A stretch of 64,000 bases of DNA from Paraphysomonas bandaiensis (lineage: Eukaryota; Protista; Chrysophyceae), in the NCBI GenBank assembly GCA_965644295.1, contig CBFFRP010000376.1, positions 182,285 to 246,284 of the forward strand, written 5' to 3'. The notes beneath the pieces are model-generated. The model searched no databases. It saw only the letters and a program-made list of their open reading frames with translations, and was not told the DNA's origin. Below, in pieces: positions 40,260 to 50,039 of the stretch. The position numbers and the translations under genes were made by a program. The stretch's first letter is position 1; each line of letters starts with the position of its first letter.

Positions 40260-40820
40260 AATTGCTTATTATATTGACCATTTTGCTTTATTATTGTAGG
40301 ACAGTAGAATATATGAGGACGCTGTGAATTATAAATTCCACAAGTGTATTTGACCTGTAGATTTATATATATATACCAATGCTGTAAGGGATCCGGCATC
40401 GTTTATTTGTAATTGATGTTTCACTTTGAAGACAAGCAGTACGTCGTATTCGTTGTACCTTTCCGCTGCCACCTTCCTACGTGTCCCTTTTCCGTATTTA
40501 AGTGATATAAAGTTGCTCTATGGATTCACTTCCACTATTTAGAAAACCTGTATTATGTAGAACGTAATTCCACGTTATCAAAAGTTTGCCTATTTCAACA
40601 TAGTACGTGAGAAGATTATTTTTTTACGAAATGTGTGCATTGAATGTGTTTCTTAGAAGCAGTACTATGATTCATTGATTAATATCTTATAAATATACTT
40701 GCAAGTGCAACGAAATACTAATCTAGAGGAAAGAGGTAGAGTCCAGCTTTTCTTCCCCAACCCTAAACGGGCTTTCTCCTTGATAATTTACATTACACCT
40801 ATGTTATATGTTATTTACAC

Positions 40821-40883
40821 CAGGGCTAGGAAACAATATATTGTACAATGTATTGCAATTCAATATATTGTTTCCTAGCCCTG
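40821..40883. mobile_element. Minimal hAT-type MITE (63 bp)
   Basis: Perfect 23-bp TIRs cagggctaggaaacaatatattg / caatatattgtttcctagccctg with 8-bp flanks atttacac / atgtacac. Confidence 0.85.
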
Positions 40884-40998
40884 ATGTACACACACAACGA
40901 CGACGGAAAAAAATCAATTTCCTTTCTTTTCATATAATATTCCACACCTTTATTACTATCATCCAGGGATAGGGAACAATATATTGTATTGCAATACA

Positions 40999-42209
40999 AT
41001 TGAAAATCTGATTATTAAGAAGCGCAAGCTTGTGCGTTGCCGCGACCAACCTAACAACTCGCGCGACACTATGCATAACATGACTCTCATCTAGTTACTA
41101 TTGCATGCACCGACAAGTGCTCAACTATACAACACGATTTAGTTAGCTACATGGGCATACGACGAGTTGCGTGTTTAAGCCGGATCATACGCTCCTGCCC
41201 AATCTACTTGTCCTAACACAAACAACTTGCGGTCGGTGTCTTCGGCATATGTCTCCTGTATATGCGGCAGATCTTTAGGGCTCTCTTCAAGGTGGTGTTC
41301 ACAGCAGCAGGTAGTCTGGAAGGGAGAATAAAGTAGCTCTATAGCGCCGGATCCTCCCACGGTCACGAAGCGGTCTCACTGGTGCAATTTTGCACACTGA
41401 CGCATGAAACAGACATCTACCAAAATCTGTTACAAATTCAAGCTGACTCCAATGTCTTTCCTCCATTGTGTGCACTCGTCCAGCACATGCATCCACCTTG
41501 CACTCTTCTCCCGAGTGACTTACACTAGTAGGAAACCGTGCACCTTCCCCGCTCGGATGAAAACCTACTAAGCAAGAATAACATAAAAGCACCACAAATG
41601 TACCTGACACTGCTTGGAGAACAGTGCCAGAGCCTTGATATAATCTCAATGACCTGGGTCAGGAGAAACCAAGACTAGGCAGTAGACGTGTGAGAAGACA
41701 TGACAGGTCTAATCACATCATTGTCATTGCCATGCATCCATGAGGAAAGTTTGACGCATTACCTCGGTCATTGGCCACACATATACCGAATAATGTGAAC
41801 TCATACTCAGCATCAATCACTCAAAGCAAACGCAGGGAGCAAGCAGAATGTTGATATACCTGACATCTGCTGACTTCAGGTGTTTTGAGTTCTTAAGGTG
41901 AACATCCCGGATGCTTAACTTCAGCAGGCAGCCCAATACCCCGGTTACCCTTCTGGTGGGCCCATTCCCGGATGCCCTTGAGGTGGGCCCATTCCCGGAT
42001 GTCTGTTTATTCGTCAGGGCCCAAAGACGTCTACACAAGTGACACTTATTGGCGTCCCTTGTACCACACAAGCATTTGGCTATGAGAGTGGGCAGAACAA
42101 TATATCTGCTGACTATATAATGCGGCTCACGTTAGTTTCCCGGAGAAATATCTCCGGTACTTATCCCCCAGAACACCACGAAAAGGTGCGAGTCCGACTT
42201 TGTTGAGGG
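40999..42209 (+). mobile_element. Longest (~1.2 kb) copy of repeat family A: non-coding, retroposon-like insertion
   Basis: Flanked by a 13-bp direct repeat gtattgcaataca (40986-40998 / 42209-42221). Removing it restores a sequence matching the neighbouring hAT MITE. Three other partial copies are present in the window. Strand is inferred from the shared terminus. Confidence 0.75.
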
Positions 42210-42353
42210 TATTGCAATACATTGTACAATATATTGATTGGTGGACATCAATATTGTGTCTGTTAAAGTAGCTCACTGATAGTCATATACAGAATGATTC
42301 TTAACTGTAGGGTAAAAGATATATGTCCATGTATATAAATCTTCGTCCAGACA

Positions 42354-42704
42354 GTGATTATTGTAACAATACAGAGGATGATGAAGCTGAAGTTGGATAA
42401 GCGGAAAAAGTCCTTCAATCAGCTCAAAAATTTAAGAAACGGAAAGTTGAAATATCTAAGTACAGGTGCACGAGTCATGCAGTATGTATCTTCCAATACA
42501 TGTGAATGTCTGTTCAGCGCAGCAGAACTGATTATATCAGTGCTGCGCAAACGTATGCATCCTACTACACTTAATATGTTGTTGTTTCTGAAAGCTAACC
42601 GACAGTTGTGGCCGGATTCAAGCATATTTCAATTAATATTGGATGCATATGGCTCACCGATGATGGCTCAAAGGATGAGTATGAGAAAACTTTTAATCAG
42701 TTAA
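42354..42704 (+). pseudogene. hAT transposase C-terminal (dimerization domain) remnant
   Basis: SSNTCECLFSAAELIISVLRKRMHPTTLNMLLFLKANRQLW resembles the hAT TSxxxERxFS..R..L....lexllFLk.N motif. Confidence 0.78.
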
Positions 42705-44182
42705 CAGTAGTGGGTCTGATTATCAAGTGACCTTAGACCTTATAATAACAAATACTAAAAACTACGGATGTGTTTACTTACTGATTAGTCATACTAATAT
42801 ATGGCAATATATTGTAGGGCCGGTTTAAAAACTCCATCTATACTATTGATGGAACGCCTAATAACTTATTATTATGCACTAAACTTATGAAAATAACTTA
42901 AATCATCTATTTCAAAATCCTGTTTACTACTTTTAGTTGAATCAGAAAAAGCACAGTAAACATATTTATCATATAAATTTTCATTAAGAGGTAATAAATA
43001 TAACCGATGTTTTAAATAATATATTATAATAAGAGGTAATATTTTAAATTTTTCTATATCTTCTGTTAGAATAGGACATTTCACTGAAGCTAACTTTTCA
43101 CTACACGTAAACCTTAACCTTGCTATCTATGTTAATAACAATGCATTTTCAAGTAAGAAATTATAATTATTCTGAACACTTCCTACATATATATTCGTGT
43201 AACATCTGATGAAACATCAGTTCTCAGCGACATCTGTTTATCATATATATTATATTCATCAGTCAGTTCTATATCTTATATAGTCACACATCAGTAACTG
43301 AATTTAATTCCTTTTGGTAATTATAATCCCCTTTACACCTATGAGTTGACTTTACCTATTGCACACTATTAACTCACTTCAATTGCACAATATATATCAC
43401 ATCATCATATATTGCAGAACTCAACATCTTCTTTATCAAGAAAATTAACAAATAATTTAATACATTTAACCATTGTATATAATATATATAATAGATATAA
43501 TATTATATTATTTTATATTCATAAATCAATTAATTTCCATTGATGTAAACCTATATACGTTAACGAGTTATATAAAAACAACATAGTATATAAAATCTAA
43601 CTAAATACCTTATAAGGTATTACGTTTTCTCCTTGTTTGTTGTTCTCTATGGTAATTACATATAAACTGCACATAGTTAGCTCTTGAAAAAGCAACATAA
43701 TTGTTAAACTACTTCTTACTTCTTATTCCTCATAGTAAATTTTGACTGTGTTGAGCTCGATTCTTTCTGAGAATTAGATATTCTATATTTCACTTTTACC
43801 CGATGGTTCCTTCTTCCTTTTTAACTGTTCCTTCCTTTTTTTTGCTATTTTGAGTGAAAGATACATCGAAAAACGATTTACTTTTAGGCACAATGGATAA
43901 TATTTCAAGTTGTTGACGGTTTTAGCGATGATGATAACGTTGTTGTAGTATAGTGATAGAGCTTTCGTCCTTGGTGCATGCGGTGACGTACAAGCAGTTT
44001 TCGTTGAGTTAAGTAGTACGATATCAAAATAAAGCACTGACTCTTAAACAGCTATTGCTAATAATAAGAGACTATTATAGTTCTATTTACAGTTCTTGCT
44101 AGAGACGCATCATTTAAGCATATAACAGGAGGGCGTGTGGGTTGGTTGGTATGTGGTCGAATTCTAGTCGTAAAAAGGTTTC

Positions 44183-44447
44183 ACGCAGTGAGCAAGCAGA
44201 ATGTTGATAATATACCTGACACCTACTGACTTCAGGATTTTTGAGTCCTTAAGGTGAATACCCCGGATGCTTGACTTCAGCAGACAGCCAACACAAAATA
44301 GTGTCTCTTGTTGTACCACACAAGCTTTAGACTATGAGTGGGCAGTGCGTTAGTTGCTGACTGTATATATGCGGCTCACGTTAGTTTTCAGGAGAAATAT
44401 CTCCCCCAGAACAGCACGAAAAGGTGCGAATCCGACTTTGTTGAGGG
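44183..44447 (+). mobile_element. Partial, internally deleted copy of repeat family A
   Basis: Matches 41829-42209 with deletions and ends at the same aaggtgcga.tccgactttgttgaggg terminus. Confidence 0.8.
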
Positions 44448-45322
44448 ATATGACTCTCTGATATTCACAGCTAGAGTTTGTATTGGCGCGGGAAGTCCTC
44501 TGGCTCAAGGGTATCTTGCAGTAGTAGTCTGCTTCTCCCGCTTTTTGCTGCAGCAAAGCTCATGATCCAAGATTGAAGTTGACGCTATATTCCCCTACAC
44601 AAAGGACCCCTTAGGCTACTCCCGGGACCGCGTCAAAAACGTAGACAGGAATGGAAACGCCCAAGGGTGCTACGATTACTAGGCGTCCGCAGACGACCCG
44701 AGACTGGACCACCGCCCACCGTACACACGAACCCCACCACTCATACCCACAGGAACATATCGCCGTCCCACATGAAACCCTCAGGCCCTCGACAACGACG
44801 CCGTCTCCGGCAACTCTACCTACTATGCCTAAGGCCCAAACGGTGCACTGAGAGAGCGCCACATTCCACCTCTCCACCCTCCTCTCAGCACACACATCTA
44901 GCACTCGGTACGCTCAGAACCTTAATACGGAACCCTATACCTCAGAGCCTGGTAGAACCTCATCCCAAGGGGAGACCCCTGATAACACGCGCCAGTGAGT
45001 CCTAGGACACACGATCATGGCGAGCCTCACAATCAACATTAAGAACGGAAGTGATCGCACCTTGGTGCCTGCGGCAACGCACAAGCAGCTTCTGTAGCGC
45101 TAAATAGTAGGATAATAGAGTTTGTGTTGACTAATTATGGGTAGCGGTCTAAATAGTATGTCTAGCATACAACTAGCCACTATATTGGTGCAGGTTTTTA
45201 ACGCTTATTGCTAAATAATAAGACTTTCAATATCTTGCAGTAGTATCAGAGTACTCTCTGATTTCACTAGACTACAAACTACGATATTCGTAATGCTAGT
45301 CAGGACATAGCTAATATTCTTC

Positions 45323-45699
45323 GGGATCTATTTTTCGACCTAGTCAATTTAGTGGAATTTCCTAGTCACACCAAAATTGGTGTAAAAACCTAGTCAAAAG
45401 GTAGAAAAACCTAGTCATTAAATAATTAGATTTTTATCATTACAATGACTAGGTTGAGGAGGTGGAAGTGGGTATTCACCTAGTCAAACAGGGGAGCATA
45501 CTGTAGCCATAAATTCAAAAATTCAAATGCTATAGGCTATTGGCCTGTAATGCGTAGCTATATGCGAGTACAATTCATGACTAGGGGTAATACTATAATT
45601 GGCTAGGTTGAGTCATTTATTGCTTTGACTAGGTTTTTGCACGGAAAATTGTATGACTAGGAAATTCAACCAAATTGACTAGGTTGAATAATATATCTC
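45323..45699. mobile_element. Mutator-like (MULE) MITE, 377 bp
   Basis: About 75-bp imperfect TIRs beginning with G, internal arrays of CCTAGTCA/TGACTAGG, and a perfect 9-bp TSD atattcttc (45314-45322 / 45700-45708). Confidence 0.85.
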
Positions 45700-46110
45700 A
45701 TATTCTTCTGTTGTAACCCTAAGGGTGGCATACACCTATATACCATATATATTCGCTGCATGCTAAGATTTTGATGCTATCAGCTAATAGCTACTACTGT
45801 ACTTAGTACTTAATAACCATATATTATAAAACGCAAGTATAGATTATTTAATTTTGTATATATCACATTTGCGGCTATAAGTTTATCACAGTAACACAAT
45901 AACAACGAACAGTTTCCTTTTCATATTATAAATAAAATAAGAAATAGCATGAAGCACATGGACATTCTCACATTGTTATCATTTTCATCCACGCTTTCAT
46001 ATCCAAACAGACCTCACATATACAGATCAGGCGCATTCATGAAAATACATGAGACACAAAAACTGCAATTATAAATTGCTAATACCAGATACCGTGATAA
46101 TTTCAAGAGT

Positions 46111-47080
46111 TTACATACTTCTTTGATGTTTCACACTGAATGCTGACGCCTTGGAAAGGGTACCAAAGACATGGTCCCAGACAGTGAAATACTCGCCAAA
46201 GTTCTTTGAGTTCGCTATATAATTCGAGTACTTATGATGATAGTCGTGATGCTCCACCCCAGCCCTAGGTGAAAAGTTTTTGAGGGTAAGTAGTGTGAGG
46301 AGTGTGGCAAAGCGAACAGCGAAGGCCTGCCAGAAAGTGCACCCTGAAAGATCAATTGAGCTGTAGGTCCGAAAGTCGAGTCGAATACCGCTGTGGTTCA
46401 TGACGTTGTCCAAGAGGCGCAAAGAAACGTACACCCAGTACGTGACTGGATGTGGGCTCACAAGAACTGCTGCAAATAGTATCGGGAGCCCCCCTTGAAG
46501 AGTTCCATCAATGGCATCGATACTGGCAGTGCTAATCGCGCTAGGTGTATCAATCTGGTGGTGATAGCTATGACAATACTTCCATAAAATATCACTCATG
46601 TGTTGAACGCGATGACCCCAATACAATGCAAAATCACCAAGTATGATAAGTAAGATAAGATCACCAACAAACTTATTCAAAGGTGGATGAAATTGCGTCG
46701 AGTTTCCAACTGGGAAAAAACATGAGCTGATTACAGCGCTTGATAACGCATTAACGAGAGCGGTCGGCCCAAACAGGGTAAATGCCACGTCAACTAACTG
46801 CTGATAGTGACTGAGTTTGTGATGAGTGTTTTGGATGCAATCATTTCGCGACTTGGACTTTCCATATCTTATCGTCGCATATTGGGCTTCACGAAGCCGC
46901 CCTGCTGTTTCAAATATAAACATGTAACTTATTAGACTTACATCTGCGACAACTATAGGGGCAATTCCCCAGCAGATCCAGTTGACGGTAGATATATTCG
47001 ATATAAACTGTAGAGTGATAACTGTTATATAACTAGAGAGCACACAGGAACTATACCGTCAACATATCTGCACAGTTCAT
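46111..47080 (-). CDS. Fatty acid hydroxylase / sterol desaturase superfamily membrane enzyme
   Basis: His boxes YWGHRVQH, HSYHH, NHSG and HHDYHH, plus NFGEYFTVWDHVFGT. A short first exon (47080-47057) is joined via a 49-nt GT-AG intron. Confidence 0.88.
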
Positions 47081-47508
47081 AGCAATCACCTCAGGATACT
47101 TCACAGTGTACTGGACGATACAAGGGTTCAATCAATCTCGAGATCTTTACTGCCGATGTCCGTAATGCAGTTGAGAGTCTCCACAGCACTGATATCTAGA
47201 TATAGTGTACACAGCAATGATATACTCTGTATGTGGGAGTAAACACGACAGCAGTTGGACAGAAAAGTGGACCTTATGAAAATCAGGAAGAGAATATAAA
47301 ATCAGTAATTTTTCAATATAAAAATGATATAAAAGTGTAGTTTCCAGGACTGTATAGCATATTCACGATAGGAGAGTGGTGTGATGGGAGTTATATGCGC
47401 ATATATATATATGCCGTCCACATCCTTTAAAAATTTGTTCGTTCGTTGTTTGGCATAATGCGTGCCTGATTGCCATATTGAAGTAATAAGTGAATATAAG
47501 AGAGTCTA

Positions 47509-47914
47509 ATGCAGACGGCTGGAAATAATGAGGATGAAAATTTGGCGAAACAGAGTAAGTTATCACTGAGGACATACAGCTACTGAAATTTCTAACATTG
47601 GTGGCAGTGTTTTGTATAGGGTGCTTTGGTCTACCTTGGTTATGGCTAGTTAATTGCGCGTATTTTTACTCTGCTGTCAGGACCGACAGGGCATCATCAG
47701 GCCTGAAGAAATGTAAGCTTATTTCTTATTTTTTGTTGAAGTATATCATAATTTTAATACTGGTACAGGGTTCTATATGTCTCTTGCTGGAAGTTTAATA
47801 TGCTTCACTGCGCTGTTTGTGTGGATTATTACATTTCAACTATCATGGAGACATTGGGAAGGAGCAAAATCGTATATGATATATGTACCGGAAGAAGATC
47901 GTAATGATTGGTAG
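47509..47914 (+). CDS. PEN2: Gamma-secretase subunit PEN-2 (presenilin enhancer 2), 3 exons
   Basis: Splicing out 47555-47607 and 47713-47768 gives MQTAGNNEDENLAKQMFCIGCFGLPWLWLVNCAYFY...LKKWFYMSLAGSLICFTALFVWIITFQLSWRHW..., matching the PEN-2 G.FxLPxLWxVN and W...FQ motifs. Confidence 0.85.
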
Positions 47915-48673
47915 TGTCCTGATTATCGCGTGTTAGTTAGCGGATTGATGGTGAATTAATTAATATTTATAGTTGTGGACAGTTGCTGCTGGGGTTTAGT
48001 TTCGTACTATACTGTATTCTCAGAGTTGTGAGTTACATTCTAGATGCCTCATGACCAATGAGTAGTGCATCATAAGTTCAATTTATTTTATTATTATAAA
48101 TTGTTATAAATTGTGTTATAAACACACACAGTTAAAACTGTAAAGGTTTGACAAAGGAACAACAGGGAAATATTATTTAGTCTTGAATATAGAATATGAG
48201 CAATCACAAATTAGAATGGTATATTGTATATGGTATATCATTTCGATATTTCGATACAGTATATCAATATAATGTTCCATAGTCCTGCTTTATCAGAATA
48301 TAGTGTATATCAAATTGTCAACTTTGAGTTGTACCAATATAAAAGCTTAAGTTACCTATTTAATTAAGGGTATATATTCTTAGTAAAGGATAAGTATGTG
48401 TTAAATGTTAAATTATGTCTCTGCAATCAAGAACTTCCCAGCAGGTAACTTCTTATTGATACGGGTGATACAAATTACCTTATTTCTGTAGTGTTCTTTT
48501 TTGTAATGCATAGCTAAATGTGAGCATAATTTATGGCAATTTTCTATTAACATGTGACTATTACAGTGATGAGCCATTTCATCTTTCAACCATTTTGACT
48601 AGACTCAATTGTGTATCATCATTGTCATATGCAAGGTGAGTGAGCAGCATTTATAAAGTTATATATAAGCACC

Positions 48674-49718
48674 TCACGCATCTACACTTCTTCTACCATC
48701 CGAACTGACCTCTAAATTTAAATAACAATTAGTCCTTCTATTAACTTATGTCTCAGGTACTTCAAATGCGCTGGATTCATAGTATCAGCTGTTGTCAACC
48801 GCACTATTCGCAGTGTCGCAGATCGCAACTGCTCGAGCTGCTTATCAAAACTAATTACAATCTGCAATATTTCTTGCTGAGAGAAGAATCAAAATGCTAG
48901 CAGTAGTGCATACCTCCCACTCGAACTCAAAGTGATTCCTTCTATCCCCAAATTCATCCAAACTTTGTTCCGTTCGATGATGAATAAGCTGACCAATCAA
49001 CAAGATATTAAATACGTTGCGCTTATTTAGCATAGTTGGTCGTAAACCTTACACATATATCGACCGTGTAGAGGTGGATACACAGAACATAGTCGAAACA
49101 CTTGGACCACGGTACCTGTATTGCATCTCCGAGCTTGATGCCAATACGCCACCCATCCGGAGTGCGCACATCTTTGGTCATTATATCCGTACACACTGAC
49201 TCCTTCAAAACTTGTATGCCGCTCAGTACAATACCTGTCATTCGTGAAATCAAATATAATCCGACACTGTGTACAAATGCACCTTGATTGATCAGACTCA
49301 AGAGTTTCACTATTTTACTCTCACTTCCCAGGTTCTCAAAAATGTATTTCACAGCTCCATCATCAGTTAACTTTTCGCTATACATATATTAAAATTAAGA
49401 CGTACCATAGGCATATCCTTACTTCGAAATGCTATTTCTAATCATTGTCATTTTATCCAAATCGAATCCCGTATCAGACGATATTACATCCAGGACGCTT
49501 AGAATAGCCTCTACTTTAGAATCTTCCAGAGGTGGTGTATGAGTGCGGAAGTCTGTAGTTTGGACGTAAACTCTTTTGATCAATCGCGGGATATCTTTCA
49601 GGAAAGCAGAATCTCGATAATCAGCAGCCCAACTGGCTCGCAAACCATTAAGAAATCTTTGATTATCGAAGAGTCGCTGGGCAACAAAGTCTTCTTTTGA
49701 GTTTTTCAGACAGTTCAT
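48674..49718 (-). CDS. Conserved hypothetical protein, possibly GlfB C-terminal-like domain; multi-exon, 3' end uncertain
   Basis: Spliceable exons give KDIPRL, TKDVRTPDGWRIGI, HHRTEQSL, FEFEWE and FDKQL. The resemblance to the protist GlfB-like C-terminal domain is from memory only. Confidence 0.55.
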
Positions 49719-50039
49719 CTTAAATCTTTAATATGGTAAGTGATGCAGATGCAGGTGTTGGCTTGCATGTATTTTTCTTCTATGATGAGGCAGTGCTCGC
49801 TGGATGCCGTTTTTTCTCGTTTTTCTTGTTCTTTGACTTTTCTGTCGAATTCTTTTACCAATACATTCGCATATCTTCAGTCTGATTTGATAATGGATTG
49901 AGATGTCTGCGATGTGTAAGCTGCGCTCTAAGAGTATGCATTGTGATGTGCGTAATATGTTAGAAAATGGTGGTCGTGTTACAATAACAGTATTACTGCT
50001 CCATACCTACCCTGAGAATGTTGCACCTTCCGTAATTGT

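Larger units (their letters stand above)
40964..42815 (+). mobile_element. Defective hAT DNA transposon (left TIR plus transposase C-terminal relic), interrupted by a family A insertion
   Basis: Left end cagggatagggaacaatatattg (40964) is related to the adjacent MITE TIR. A hAT dimerization-domain-like remnant lies at about 42480-42610. Possible partial right TIR caatatattgt at about 42805. Confidence 0.7.

Noticed and set aside
41950-42030. CTGACGA on the minus strand within family A as a possible hammerhead ribozyme core
   Set aside because: No correctly placed stem II/GAAA, and the motif is not conserved in the ~10170 copy. An Infernal search would settle it.
42184-42200. ggtgcgagtcc / ggtgcgaatcc resembling a tRNA B-box
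   Set aside because: It deviates from GTTCRA, and no cloverleaf or A-box was found, so no tRNA or tRNA-SINE is called.
43203-43221. ctgatgaaacatcag hairpin containing CTGATGA
   Set aside because: A simple 6-bp stem-loop lacking the three-way junction of a hammerhead.
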